From Phycisphaerae bacterium (lineage in GTDB: Bacteria > Planctomycetota > Phycisphaerae > SM23-33), in NCBI GenBank assembly GCA_046541875.1, contig JBKHCL010000004.1, forward strand, positions 875-64,874: DNA of 64,000 nt, read 5' to 3'. Below, piece by piece: positions 1 to 11,100 of this stretch. The notes under the pieces were generated by a model. It made no database searches and was not told the origin of the DNA. It saw only the letters and a list, made by a program, of their open reading frames with translations. Made by a program: the position numbers and the translations under genes. How positions within the stretch are numbered: position 1 is the stretch's first letter; each line of letters opens with the position of its first letter.

Positions 1-1
1 G

Positions 2-1708
2 GTGGAGAGTATCTGGATCGCCATTGTCCTGGCGTTCCTCCTGCGCGCATTCCTCGTCGAGGCGTTTGTCATCCCGACCGGCTCGATGGCCCCGAGGTTG
101 ATGGGGGCTCACTGGCGCCTGCGCTGCCAGTCGTGCGGACGCAAGTTCGCCTACGGCATGCCGAAAACCAACGGCCACGTCAGTCAGGAGAATGTCTTCT
201 CGGGGGCCCGCTGCCCCAACTGCCGCTACCCCTATACCTCCTATGGCGAAGCCCTCAGTCGGGGCGACCACGTACTGGTGATGAAATACCTCTACCACCT
301 CGATGAGCCCAGGCCTTGGGACGTGGTCGTGTTCAAGAACCCCCAGAACAACCGCGAGAACTACATCAAACGGCTGATCGGGCTTCCGGGCGAGGAAATC
401 GAGATCGTCCACGGTAACGTTTTCGTGCGGAACTGGTTGCGCGATGAAGAAACGTTCCACATCCGCCGCAAGCCCCTCCGCACACAGGAGACGATGTGGC
501 AGGTGGTGTACAACAACGACTACCAGCCCGACATTGAGAAGCACTTCGGCCCGGCCGGCGGTCGGCGCGTGCCCGTCCCGCGATGGGTCGCCGCAGCCGA
601 TACGGACGTGTGGGACCTCACCGGCGATGGTGGGCGGGAATTCCGCTTCCACGGCAGTGAGGAGAACTCCACGCTCGAGTTGGACGTGCAACTCCGGCCC
701 GAAGCCCGCGGCGAGGACCGGCGCGAACAGCGCCTGCAGCGGGAGTTGTTCCTGCCCCACTACGGCTACAACGTCACGTCCGACCGACCCGGGGAAGGGT
801 ACGATATCGAGGACGCAGCCTTGGCAACCGTCAGCGACCTGAAGCTCTCGGTTGTCCTCTGGCCGGGCAAGGACGCGTGCACGCTGCAGTTGGGGCTGAC
901 CAGCTTCGACCACGAGTTCCGGGCTGAGGTCTCCTCGGCCGGCGGGGCGGAGGTGTTCTATCGCCACATGGTCAAGACAGAGGGGAAATGGGTCGCCTGG
1001 GGCGAGGCGGCAAACATCCCGGCCATGCGGCAGGGCGTTGGCTATCGGGTGTCCCTGGCGTATGTCGATCAGCAGCTTGTCCTGCAGGTCGACGGAAAGG
1101 CCGTCATTCAGCGGACGACGATGAACAAACTCGCCAACGGCAAGGCCGTTCCGCTGATGGACCACGAGTCGCTCAAGAGCTACATGCGGGCGGTTCGCAA
1201 CGGAACGGCTGAGGTGCGCATCCCCCGCCCGACGATCGCGGTCCGTGGCGGAGCGTGTCGACTTAATCACGTTCATCTCATGCGGGACGTGCACTATACC
1301 AATACGAAACTTCAACCGCTCGCGGGCGACAGTTCGGGCATCGCCCCGGAAGCGAAGTATGCCGACACCCTCGGGGTGGAAGGTGGCGAGGACGGCTGGG
1401 CGACGTTCGGCAACCCGATCCGCCTGGCCCACCACGCCAAGGGGGATTGTCCCCGGAGCATGGATGAGTTTTTCGTGCTGGGCGACAACAGCCCTCAGAG
1501 CCTCGACGGGCGCGGCTGGACCAGCGCCGCCCCCACGCTTCGGCTTTACAGCGACGAAGGCCGACCGATGTACACCCTCGGAACGGTTCCGCGATACAGC
1601 ATGTTGGGCAAGGCGTTTTTCGTGTATTGGCCTGCAGGTTTCCGCGTTCCGGGGCTGAAGAACCTCCAGATCATCCCGAACGTCGGGAAAGTGCGGCTGA
1701 TCCGCTGA
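2..1708 (+). CDS. lepB: Signal peptidase I (LepB family), 5'-partial at window edge; unusually long with an inserted C4 zinc-ribbon
   Basis: Box motifs IPTGSMAPRL (Ser), GDHVLVMKY, KRLIGLPGEEIEI, GDNSPQSLDGRGW; inserted CQSCGRKF...CPNCRY zinc ribbon; ORF runs off the 5' end of the window. Confidence 0.85.
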   Translation: MESIWIAIVLAFLLRAFLVEAFVIPTGSMAPRLMGAHWRLRCQSCGRKFAYGMPKTNGHVSQENVFSGARCPNCRYPYTSYGEALSRGDHVLVMKYLYHLDEPRPWDVVVFKNPQNNRENYIKRLIGLPGEEIEIVHGNVFVRNWLRDEETFHIRRKPLRTQETMWQVVYNNDYQPDIEKHFGPAGGRRVPVPRWVAAADTDVWDLTGDGGREFRFHGSEENSTLELDVQLRPEARGEDRREQRLQRELFLPHYGYNVTSDRPGEGYDIEDAALATVSDLKLSVVLWPGKDACTLQLGLTSFDHEFRAEVSSAGGAEVFYRHMVKTEGKWVAWGEAANIPAMRQGVGYRVSLAYVDQQLVLQVDGKAVIQRTTMNKLANGKAVPLMDHESLKSYMRAVRNGTAEVRIPRPTIAVRGGACRLNHVHLMRDVHYTNTKLQPLAGDSSGIAPEAKYADTLGVEGGEDGWATFGNPIRLAHHAKGDCPRSMDEFFVLGDNSPQSLDGRGWTSAAPTLRLYSDEGRPMYTLGTVPRYSMLGKAFFVYWPAGFRVPGLKNLQIIPNVGKVRLIR

Positions 1709-2075
1709 AATCCGGGCGAAAATCAAGCAATTTCCGCCACGAAAGCAGGAGTTATTCACAATAGGCCACTTGATCGCCGGGCCGCTCGGCGTTGCCGTTG
1801 GGAAACGTCCGCTGGGCCTGACCGGCGGCGGCCTCGGGAAAACAGCGGGCCGGCCGGCGAAGTGACGATTTTGTAAAATGCTGAAAAATGACGATGTTAT
1901 GAGCTTCAGAATGGTCATTCGTGATCAGGCCCGGCCGCGTCGGTCTTGCCGGGGCGCTGCAGATGGCTGACGCGCCAGCGGAAAACGAAACGAATTTGGG
2001 CGCAGTTTTGCAGTTTATCCACAAGTTATGCACATTCGCGGGCCCTCCGGGGCCTGCCATGGGCGGGAACCCCCT

Positions 2076-2813
2076 ATGATCCTGCTGGAAGCACAGAATC
2101 TGGTCAAACGGTACAGCGGCAGGACCGTTGTGGACAAGGTCTCCATCACGGTCAGCCAGGGCGAAATCGTCGGCCTGCTGGGACGCAACGGAGCCGGCAA
2201 GACCACGTCTTTCCGCATGACGATCGGCATGGTCACGCCGGATGGTGGACGGGTGATTTTCGATGGCGTGGACGTCTCGAAGATGCCCATGTACAAACGT
2301 GCCCGCCGCGGGATGGGCTATCTCTCCCAGGAGCCGAGCATTTTCCAGAGGCTCACGGTGCGGCAGAACATCCTGGCGATCATGGAGACCATGTCCATCA
2401 AGCGCAAGGCTCGCAACCTGCAGTGCGACGCGCTGCTCGAACAGTTCGGGCTCACCGTGCAGCAGAACCAACTGGCCCGCACACTCTCCGGCGGCGAGCG
2501 ACGGAAGCTCGAGATCGCCCGCGCCTTGGTGACCAACCCCACCATGATCCTCCTGGACGAACCCTTCTCCGGGGTGGACCCCATCGCCGTGGAGGACCTC
2601 CAGAAGGAAATCCGGGGCCTGAAGGACCGGGGCATCAGCATTCTGCTGACCGACCACAACGTCCGCGAGACCCTCACCGTCACCGACCGGTCGTACATTC
2701 TCGACCGCGGGCAGATTCTCCGCGAGGGGCATCCCAAGGACCTCATCAACGACGAGCTTGTGCGGAAGACGTATCTCGGGCAGACGTTCCGCGGCGACGA
2801 GTTCGACGGCTGA
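2076..2813 (+). CDS. lptB: LPS export ABC transporter ATP-binding protein LptB
   Basis: Start MILLEAQNLVKRYSGR, Walker A GRNGAGKTT, signature LSGGERRKLEIARAL, Walker B ILLDEPF; about 245 aa typical of LptB. Confidence 0.9.
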   Translation: MILLEAQNLVKRYSGRTVVDKVSITVSQGEIVGLLGRNGAGKTTSFRMTIGMVTPDGGRVIFDGVDVSKMPMYKRARRGMGYLSQEPSIFQRLTVRQNILAIMETMSIKRKARNLQCDALLEQFGLTVQQNQLARTLSGGERRKLEIARALVTNPTMILLDEPFSGVDPIAVEDLQKEIRGLKDRGISILLTDHNVRETLTVTDRSYILDRGQILREGHPKDLINDELVRKTYLGQTFRGDEFDG

Positions 2814-2819
2814 TCGCCC

Positions 2820-3686
2820 ATGGCGCGCTGGGATCACGCTTTGCCATCGGCCGACGACCTGCCCGAAGCGATCCGCGAGTACACCGGCAGCGGGCAGTTC
2901 GGGCCGGCCTATCGCATCATGCTCGAGCATGACACGCACGCCCCCGGCAGCGTCGATCGCGTGGGCATCGAGCACATGATCCGCCTGTGCGACGCGACGG
3001 CTGAGTTCCTCTACAGCGAGTACACCCCGACGACCGTTCGCCACATGCCCGGATCTCGGCCGAGATTGGAGGCGGTGTGCGAGGAGATCTTCGACGGCGT
3101 CCGGGACGCCGAGAAACGCGTGCGGCGCATCGGGCGGTTCTGCCGGCGCCTCGGGGCAAAGGCCCCGACCGGCTCGGACGAGGAGATGGTCTTCGGCGGC
3201 ACGGAGGAGCAGATTATCGACCGCGGGTCGGACTGGTGCACCGATGTTTCGCGTGTGGCGTGCGCGCTGCTGCAGGTCGGCGGGATCCCGTCGCGGATCG
3301 TCTTTCAGGCGAACCCGGATCGGCCCTACAGCGGACACGTAATTGTCGAAGCGTGGCGCAGCGGCATCTGGGGCGCGGTGGACCCGACCTGCAACGTCGT
3401 CTACCGTCACAGCAGCGGCCGACCGGCATCGGTCTGGGAACTCATGAACGACGACGACCTGCTGCGACGTCACTACCGCAACGCCGGCACGATGTACACC
3501 AACCCCCAGCAGTTCCGTCTGTCGGCCGTCGTGAACTACCGCATCGCCCACGCCGCCGGCTACCGCTATGACATGGGTCCGCTGAACGAGTACTCGCGCC
3601 GGGTTCTGGAAATGTCATTGGCCGGTTGGCCCGGCGGACGGCGGTGGCTCTTCGGCGAAGAGCAGGGCCGATGCGGCCTGCAGTAA
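2820..3686 (+). CDS. Transglutaminase-like cysteine protease domain protein
   Basis: Cys-His-Asp core GSDWCTDVSRVACALL ... GHVIVEAW ... GAVDPTCN; begins 7 nt after the lptB stop. Confidence 0.6.
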   Translation: MARWDHALPSADDLPEAIREYTGSGQFGPAYRIMLEHDTHAPGSVDRVGIEHMIRLCDATAEFLYSEYTPTTVRHMPGSRPRLEAVCEEIFDGVRDAEKRVRRIGRFCRRLGAKAPTGSDEEMVFGGTEEQIIDRGSDWCTDVSRVACALLQVGGIPSRIVFQANPDRPYSGHVIVEAWRSGIWGAVDPTCNVVYRHSSGRPASVWELMNDDDLLRRHYRNAGTMYTNPQQFRLSAVVNYRIAHAAGYRYDMGPLNEYSRRVLEMSLAGWPGGRRWLFGEEQGRCGLQ

Positions 3687-3968
3687 GCCCCTTGCGCCCC
3701 CGCTCGACAGTAAGCCCCTTGCGTGAGCAAGGGGATAGAGCAGGACGTTACCTGTATTCCTGCAAGCTTTTATCCCTCACCTCACGGCGGTCTGTGGTTC
3801 GCTTCGCCCTCCGTTCAGCGTGTAGGGCCAGCGAACCGCCGGTGTCGGGCCTGGCGATTCAAAACAGGGAGATGCATTTTGTTCACGTGAGTGTGTGGTA
3901 TTCGGGGAATCGAGGTGGTTTGCCGGCGGAACGGCCTGCGTTTGAGGGCGTGTTTCTGCAGCAGGAGG

Positions 3969-5075
3969 TTACAGTTCGTCGGTGTTCGGGTGAATCGGCA
4001 ACCGGATGGTAAAGCACGCCCCGCCATCGGGGGGAGACTCAGCCGAGATGGACCCGCCCATCTCCACAACGATCCCATGCACCACCGACAGCCCCAGCCC
4101 GGGGTTCATCTTCTCGCCGCCGGCGTGCAGGCCCTTGGTGGTGTAGAACGGTTCGAACACCATCGGCAGGTCGCCTGGCGGAATCCCATGCCCGCTGTCG
4201 CAGAACCGCAGCATCACGTGTCGATCGTCGGCGTGGAGCGAAAGGGTGATCCTGCCACCGTTGGGCATGGCTTCTTCGGCGTTGCTCAGCAGGTTGCCCA
4301 ATGCCTGGTGGATGCGATGGGTCGCCACGGGCGTGATGGGCACGCGGTCGATGTCGAGTTCCAGCGTGATCCCTCTTTCGGCGAGAGGCTGTTCCACGAG
4401 TTGTGCGAAGGTCAGAACCGACTCGGTCAGATCGCTCAGATCGTCAGGCCGTTGGGGATGTTCGGCAAAGCTCAGCAGCGACTGGACGATTTTGGACGCC
4501 CTTGTGGTCGCCTCGGCTGTGGTCTGCAGGGCCCGCTTCATCGCCAGGAAGTCCAGGCTCGTCAGGGCGTAGTCCACCACGGTGGCCACCCCGCCGAGGA
4601 TGTTGTTGAAGTGGTGGGCCACGCCGGCGGCGAGCGTCGCCAGAGAGGCCATCTTCTCGCGCTGGGCGAGCTGGTCGCTGCGGTGTCGCAGATCGGTCTG
4701 ATCGACGATCCAGACGGCGGCCCCGGTGACCGCGCCGGCGTGGTCGTGGATCGGCTGGAGGCGGACCTGCACGTTCTTTTCCTCCCCTTCGTTGGTCGGA
4801 AGGGGGACCTCGAACTTCGGGCTGTGCCCGTGCTCGATCACCCGGTGAAACAGACGTCCGACGGCCTTTCGGTGACGCGGCGAGACGGCGTTGACGACCG
4901 CCTCCCAGGTAACCGGGCCATTGACAATGCCCAGAATGCTCCGGGCGGCCGGGTTCGCGCGGACCACGTGCAGCTCACGGTTGGTCGTGAGCATCCCGAT
5001 CGGCGAGCGGGTGACCAGTTCCTCGTAGATGTCGCCTTGGGCGGCGGGGGGAGTTTGCTCTGGATCATTCGTCAT
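3969..5075 (-). CDS. Soluble PAS-domain sensor histidine kinase (HisKA + HATPase_c); no response regulator adjacent
   Basis: PAS (IGMLTTNRELHVVRANPAARSILG), H-box ATLAAGVAHHFNNIL, N/G boxes GNLLSNAEEA, DSGHGIP, GLGLSVVHGIV; start chosen at internal MTNDPEQ (track ORF extends to 5225). Confidence 0.8.
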   Translation of the reverse strand: MTNDPEQTPPAAQGDIYEELVTRSPIGMLTTNRELHVVRANPAARSILGIVNGPVTWEAVVNAVSPRHRKAVGRLFHRVIEHGHSPKFEVPLPTNEGEEKNVQVRLQPIHDHAGAVTGAAVWIVDQTDLRHRSDQLAQREKMASLATLAAGVAHHFNNILGGVATVVDYALTSLDFLAMKRALQTTAEATTRASKIVQSLLSFAEHPQRPDDLSDLTESVLTFAQLVEQPLAERGITLELDIDRVPITPVATHRIHQALGNLLSNAEEAMPNGGRITLSLHADDRHVMLRFCDSGHGIPPGDLPMVFEPFYTTKGLHAGGEKMNPGLGLSVVHGIVVEMGGSISAESPPDGGACFTIRLPIHPNTDEL

Positions 5076-5085
5076 GGTGGCTGAC

Positions 5086-5943
5086 CTATCGCCCTCCGGT
5101 GTTGATCGGCCGACCCGCGCGATCGGTGTGAGCCACGTCGGTTTCGGTGATCTGGGGCATGAGTACCAGGACGGTCTCGAAGTCGATCCCTTCCTGCCGA
5201 CGCAGCAGGAAATGATGCCCCACACTGGTGGGAATGCTCGCTCGCCGACCCGGCCCGATCACCATGAATTCATCCGAACTCATCCGCAGGCGAAACTGCA
5301 GCGGGCCAAACACGAACCAGTCCGGTTGCGGGACGAACCCCCGCACGCCGGCTTCGTTGACGAGTTTTGGACGAAGGCGCGTGGTGGTAATCTGCGGAAC
5401 GCCGGTGACCAGCAGGGCATCGCGGTTGTTCTCGTCGATACGGCAGTTGACCGCCAGCAGGTTTGTCCCGGGCGGGTAGTCTTCTCCGGTGAGGCTGAGA
5501 TCGTTCAGCGACAGGAAAATCGTCTGGGCGGGTTGGCGGCGTTTCAGCTTGATCGGGATCGTCGAACCGGGCAGGACGGGGATGTGCGTCAGGGCGATCT
5601 GCCGGCCGGTCATGCGGCCGAGCACGTCGGCTACGTCAGGCCAGTTGCTGGTGCGCCCCACGCCCACGCGCATGCCGTTGCGCCCCAGGGCGGCGGCGGT
5701 GTCGGCCCCGATGGCCTCCTCGTCCACGTAGCTCCAGAGGTCTTCCGAGCCGCTGGCGGTTCCTGCCGGCAGGAGCACCGTGGCCATGCGAAAGTTCACC
5801 ATCAACTGCCTGTTGGGGGCGGTGGTGCGATCGGTTCCGGGCATGGTTCCGATGTCCCGACCCTCGGAGGGTCCATTCGTCGACGGGCATCCCGCCGCGA
5901 CAAGCGAGGCTGCAAGCAATAGCAAGGTTGAGGCTGCCTTCAT
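5086..5943 (-). CDS. Lipoprotein of unknown function
   Basis: Signal peptide plus lipobox LVAAGC; sits 10 nt upstream of the histidine kinase on the same strand; high GC3 coding frame. Confidence 0.55.
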   Translation of the reverse strand: MKAASTLLLLAASLVAAGCPSTNGPSEGRDIGTMPGTDRTTAPNRQLMVNFRMATVLLPAGTASGSEDLWSYVDEEAIGADTAAALGRNGMRVGVGRTSNWPDVADVLGRMTGRQIALTHIPVLPGSTIPIKLKRRQPAQTIFLSLNDLSLTGEDYPPGTNLLAVNCRIDENNRDALLVTGVPQITTTRLRPKLVNEAGVRGFVPQPDWFVFGPLQFRLRMSSDEFMVIGPGRRASIPTSVGHHFLLRRQEGIDFETVLVLMPQITETDVAHTDRAGRPINTGGR

Positions 5944-6061
5944 AACGCACCGGACGGAACGAGTTCATGTGCCCGAACCATTCATGCTACGCGCTGGAGT
6001 GGGGGCTGTCAATCGGCTCGAAGCCTGGCTCGCGGGCCAAGCTGCGGTTCCCCTCCCGCCT

Positions 6062-7741
6062 CTACCAGTGCGGGCGGTACTCGTCGGGCTTGCCCTCCCT
6101 GCGCTGGTAGCCGGTGTTTCCGGAGGTCTCGGCGCCGGCGAAGTTCGAGATGAACCCCCGGCTGCGGATGTTGTGATGCTTGTTGCGGCGGATGACGTTG
6201 TCGGTTCCCTCCCCCACGATGCGGATTCCGCTGCCTTCGGTGGTATTGCCCTCGATCACGACGTTGCGGCAGGGGAGGGGTTTGTTCCTGTTGGTGCTGC
6301 CCAGAACCGTAATGGCTGCCTGCCCCGCGGCGCGGATGTGATTGCCGCGGATCTCCAGACCCTTGACCGGCACGCGCCACAGGCAGATGTAGGCGTTGCC
6401 GCGGTTGTTGACGATGCGGCTGTCGCGAACGCCGACGTTTTCCCACGCCTCGTGCATGATCCCCTCCCCGTCGACGTACTTTTTGCCGTCCGGACCGTAG
6501 TTCGAGTAGACCTCGTAGTCGTTGCCCTCCACCGTCCACCGCCAGCCTTTCATCTCGATGGCACGGTTGTTGTTCGTGAAGTTGCTCAGCGTCAGGCCCG
6601 TGTAGGTCGGGCGGATCACGTCGGGCTCGTAGCGGATCACGTTGTAGCCCACGAAGGTGCCGTCGCCGCTGGTTTTGATGGCGGCACAGCCGGTGCAGTA
6701 GACGTAGTTCTGGCGGATGTCAATGCCTCCAGCCAGCCCCCAGGCAGGCGGGATATTCGGGTCGGCACCGGTGGGCGGATCGCTCACGCGGCGGTGTTTC
6801 CACCAGATCTCCAGCCCCCGCGCCAGCGGATCGGCGTTCACGGCGATCCCGGGGCGGTTGTCCATGTCGAACCGTGCGTCGATGGTGACGATGGTCTTGT
6901 CTTTGACCTTCTGGTGGGTGGCGGGCTTGCCGCGATACACCCGAAAGTCCGGCTGGGTGAAGCTCCCCTCCCCGGAGCGCGGAATGCGGTTGTTGGCGAT
7001 CAGCACGTCGCCGCCGGTGAAGCACCAGATGGCGGCGGCGTCACGACGGGTCCAGCGCTGCCAGGGGTGCTGGAAGGGCGATGGGATGCGTGGATCCGGC
7101 ACGGCTGCGTTGCGGAGAATGTTGCCGCAGATCAGCCAGCGGCGACCGGCCTGACCTCGCGCGAACCGCTCGGCGAAGCCGTCCCGGCTGCCGAGGTGCA
7201 CGTGACCATTCTCGATGTGCAGGTCCACCACGCCCACGTCGTTGGCGGAGGGGTCGGCCAGTTCGATGCCCTTGAAGGCGGAGTCTCTGGGAGCGCCCTC
7301 TCCCCGGGCGGAGAAGCGGTATCGCGGGAAGACCAGCCTGGTCGCCTGGGCGTAGGTGGCCCGGCGGGCATCGGGCGTGCGGGTGGGCCCCGCCCCGCGG
7401 AGGATCACCCCGTCGCGCAGGCGGATGGTGCGGCGAAGGACGTACGTACCGGGCGGGATGTACACCACGCCGCCCTCGTCGCCGAGCTGCTTCTGGGCGG
7501 CGTCGATGCGGTCGTCCCAGGTCTCACCCGGGGCGTCTTTGACGTTTACCACGCGATCCCACGGCAGGGCGCCCGTCCAGGCGGGCCAATCGTCGCTGGT
7601 GATGTCCGCAAGCTCTCTGTCGTTGGCGTCCTCTGCCGGTTCGTGCGAGGGGACAGCGGCCGACGGGTCCGACGCGCAGCCGACGATGGCACACAGAACG
7701 CAGGTCAAAAGACAGGGGCGGAGTAACTCTCGCAGGCTCAT
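6062..7741 (-). CDS. Lipoprotein with right-handed parallel beta-helix (pectin-lyase-fold-like) repeats
   Basis: Signal peptide and lipobox AIVGCAS; repeated beta-helix-type segments (NNRIPRSGEG, GNILRNAAV, IENGHVHLG) typical of the pectate lyase / glycosidase fold. Confidence 0.6.
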   Translation of the reverse strand: MSLRELLRPCLLTCVLCAIVGCASDPSAAVPSHEPAEDANDRELADITSDDWPAWTGALPWDRVVNVKDAPGETWDDRIDAAQKQLGDEGGVVYIPPGTYVLRRTIRLRDGVILRGAGPTRTPDARRATYAQATRLVFPRYRFSARGEGAPRDSAFKGIELADPSANDVGVVDLHIENGHVHLGSRDGFAERFARGQAGRRWLICGNILRNAAVPDPRIPSPFQHPWQRWTRRDAAAIWCFTGGDVLIANNRIPRSGEGSFTQPDFRVYRGKPATHQKVKDKTIVTIDARFDMDNRPGIAVNADPLARGLEIWWKHRRVSDPPTGADPNIPPAWGLAGGIDIRQNYVYCTGCAAIKTSGDGTFVGYNVIRYEPDVIRPTYTGLTLSNFTNNNRAIEMKGWRWTVEGNDYEVYSNYGPDGKKYVDGEGIMHEAWENVGVRDSRIVNNRGNAYICLWRVPVKGLEIRGNHIRAAGQAAITVLGSTNRNKPLPCRNVVIEGNTTEGSGIRIVGEGTDNVIRRNKHHNIRSRGFISNFAGAETSGNTGYQRREGKPDEYRPHW

Positions 7742-7833
7742 CGGGTCTCCGGTGGTCTGGTATTGCGGCGGGCTCAGTGGCGATCATCATAGCCGATCCT
7801 CCCGGCCGATCCAAGCGCCGCCAAGCCCGCGTG

Positions 7834-8160
7834 TCAGGAGGGTTCATCGCTCTGGTTTGCAGACTCTTCCCCGATTCGCCGTTCCACGGGCACGACCACA
7901 GCCGACAGGGAACGGTGCGTTCGGCGGGCGGCGCGAAACTCCTCCAGATCGTCCAGCAGCCCGTCTAGCTCATCGTCGCCGACCTGGGCGCTGATCAGCG
8001 TCAGGTTCCCGGGGTGCACCTGCGAGCCGGTGTGTTTGCCGGTGCTGTCGTGGCCGGCGATCATACCCACGCGGAGGTAGTCGGTGATTTCGCTGTGGGC
8101 GAGGATGCGTTCGATCTCTTCGGTGAACTCGAACGGAAAGCTGATCTGCACGAGCTTCAT
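7834..8160 (-). CDS. PII-like small protein (DUF3240-type) translationally coupled to the RND pump
   Basis: Real start MKLVQISFPFEFTEEIERIL internal to the track ORF; its ATG overlaps the RND stop (GAATGAAG, ATGA overlap); about 108 aa with PII-like beta-alpha-beta pattern. Confidence 0.6.
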   Translation of the reverse strand: MKLVQISFPFEFTEEIERILAHSEITDYLRVGMIAGHDSTGKHTGSQVHPGNLTLISAQVGDDELDGLLDDLEEFRAARRTHRSLSAVVVPVERRIGEESANQSDEPS

Positions 8161-11100
8161 TCGTCGTCCTCCTGTGGGGAGCCCAGCCGGCTTGAGAGTT
8201 TGGAGACGCCCTCGCCGACCAGCACGTACACCACCGGCAGGAACACCAGCGTCAAGATGGTGGTAACGGTCAGTCCGAACGCCACGGCGACGCCCATCGG
8301 GGCGCGGGCTTCCCCGCCGGACCCGAATCCCAGGGCGATCGGAAGCAGTCCCAGGACGGTCGACACCGTCGTCATCACCACCGGGCGGAAACGGACGGCC
8401 GACGCTTCGCGGGCGGCTTCCCGCAGCGAGCGACCCCGGGCGACCAGCACGTTGGTATAGTCGATCAGCAGGATCGCGTTCTTGGTGGCCATTCCCGTGA
8501 GCATGATCAGTCCGATGAACGAGACGATTCCCAGCGGCATATTGAAGATCCACAGGGCGGCGAATGCCCCCGACCACGCCAGGGGCAGGGCCAGAAGGAT
8601 GATCAGAGGCTGGAGAAACGATTCAAACTGACCGGCCAACACCAGATAGATAAACACCACAGCCATGGCGATGGTGACCAGCAGGTTCCGGAACGACTCC
8701 CGAAAGTCCTGCGTCCGTCCGGCGAAGACGTAGTCGAACCGACGCGGAAGCTGCTGATCCAGACGGGTCTGCAGGGCGTTGACGGCATCGCCGAGGGACG
8801 ATCCGGGAGGGGTGGAGGCGGAAATGGTGGCCGAGCGGATGCGGTTGTAGTGGTGAATGGCGCTGGGCCCGACGCCGACTTCGCTGCGCAGCAGGTCGCC
8901 TGCGGAGACCATGTTCCCGTCGGCGTTTCGGAGGTAGATCGACTGGATCATCTCGGGGACCATATCGCCCTTGAAAACGATCTCGGGGATGACTTCGTAT
9001 CGCTCGGCCTCGCGCTCGATTTCGGAGATGTCGGGTTCTCCCAGGAGCAGCTGGAACGTCTCATTGATGTCCCGTACGGTGATGCCGGCGTCGTTGGCCT
9101 TGTCCCGCCGCGGCCGGATGTTGACCTCGGGATTGTTCATCTTCAGGTCGGAATTCACTCCGGTAAAGAGCGGCTGCCTGCGCATCCAGCCCATGAGCGA
9201 TTCCTGCCGCCGGGCCAGCTCGTCCAGGTCCGGGTGTTGCAGAGCGAACTGCACTTCCGCCCCGGCTCCCAGACCGACCTGGCCGAACTCGATGACGTAA
9301 GCCCGGCCGAGGGGGATCTTCTTGAGCTGCTCGCGCAGTTGCTGGGCCACCTCGCTCTGGTGGAGTTCGCGCTGGTCTCTGGGCACGAGTCGCACGAAGG
9401 CGATGCCGTTGTTCACGCGGCCCGGTCCTTCACCGCGGGACAGGCCGATGGCGCTGAAATAGTGCTGCACGTCGTCCCGTCCGCGGAGGACCTTGCCGAT
9501 TCGGTCGGATTGTTCCTGGGTGGCCCGAAGGGTGGCGCCCTCGGGCATTTCGTAGGATACCAGGAACTGCGAGCGGTCCACGGTGGGCAGGAACTCGGTG
9601 GAGAGCCTGGTGGCGAGGTAGCCCGTGGCGGCGAATACCGCCAATGCCGACAGGATGCTGATCGCCGGGTGGGCAAACGCCTTGCCCACCAACCAGCCGT
9701 ACGCGTCGCCCAGGCGGTCGACGCTCTTGCGTGCGGTGGTGGCGAGTCGCCCTTCCCGTTCGGTGCGTTTGAGCAGCCTCGAGCAGAGCATGGGCGTGAG
9801 GGTCAGGGCGGTGAGCGTCGAGGCGAACACCGTAACCGCCACCGTCAGGCTGAACTCGTAGAAGAACCGTCCGATGATCCCGGCGGTGAACGCCACGGGG
9901 ATGAAGACCGCCGCCAACGCCATTGTGTTGGCGATGGCGGGAAAGGCCACCTCGGTGGTTCCCACGCGGGCGGCGGGTCTGGCTTCGCTTCCGGCGTCCA
10001 GCTTGCGTTTGGCGGATTCCAGGATGACCACGGCGTCGTCCACGACGATCCCGATCGCCAGGATCAACCCCAGCATGGTCAGCGTATTGAGGCTGAACCC
10101 CAGCCAGGACATGACGGCCACCCCGGCCAACAGACTGACGGGAATCGACAGTGAGGTGATCAGCGTGCCCCACCCGCTTCGCAGGAAGAACAGCACCACG
10201 ATTACCACCAGCCCGGTTGCCAGGAAGATGGTCACCACCAGGTCGCGGATGCTGGCTTCGATATACTCCGAGTTGTCCGTGGCGATGGTGTATTCCAGCC
10301 CGGGGGGGAAGTCCCCCGCCAGCTCGGACATCCGTTCCCGCACAGCCGACGCCAGGGCGACCGTGTTGGCGCCGGATCGTTTGACGATGCCCAACCCGAT
10401 GGCCGTCCGACCGACGAAGTTGGCGCTCTGGCGGTCGTTCTCGACTCCGGCGTAGGCTTCTCCGACGTCTTCGATGCGAATGGCGCCCCCGCGGCGGACA
10501 GCCACGATGATGCGGTTGATCGGCTCGGGGCTGCTGAACTGCCCGTGCATCTTGACGAGGAACTCGCGTTGCTCGCTCTCGATCCGCCCGGCCGGGAGGT
10601 CTACGTTGTTGGCCCGGATGGCGGCGATGACGTCTTTGACTTCCAGGTTGCGGGCTTTGAGCTTCTCAGGATCCAGGCGGACCCGGACGGCGTATCGCCG
10701 CTCGCCACCGATGACGACGCGCCCGACGCCACGGATGTTCTGGAGGTGTTCCCGCAGCGTCTCGTCGGCGTAGGTGCTCAGGGAGACGGCGTCCCAGCGC
10801 CGGTCGCCGGTCAGGGCGATCCACATCACCGGCTGGGCGTCCGGGTCGATCTGACGAACGATGGGGCGTTCGATTCCGTCGGGCAGTTCGCGCAGAGCAC
10901 GGTTCACGCGGTCGCGCACGTCCTGCGTGGCGATGTCCACGTCGCGCCACAGCTCGAACTCCGCCGTGATCGTGCCCACCTGCGCCCGGGCGGTGGACTC
11001 CAGACGTTTGAGCCCTTCGGCCGTGTTGATCTCCTCTTCGAGCGGGTCGATGATCTCGGTTTCGATGACCTCGGGCTCGGCGCCGGGGAACACCACGTTC

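Noticed and set aside
1752-3551. 599-aa minus-strand ORF
   Set aside because: Antisense shadow of lptB and the transglutaminase-like gene in a high-GC genome. Pro/Arg/Gly-rich with no motifs; the sense-strand genes have clear signatures.
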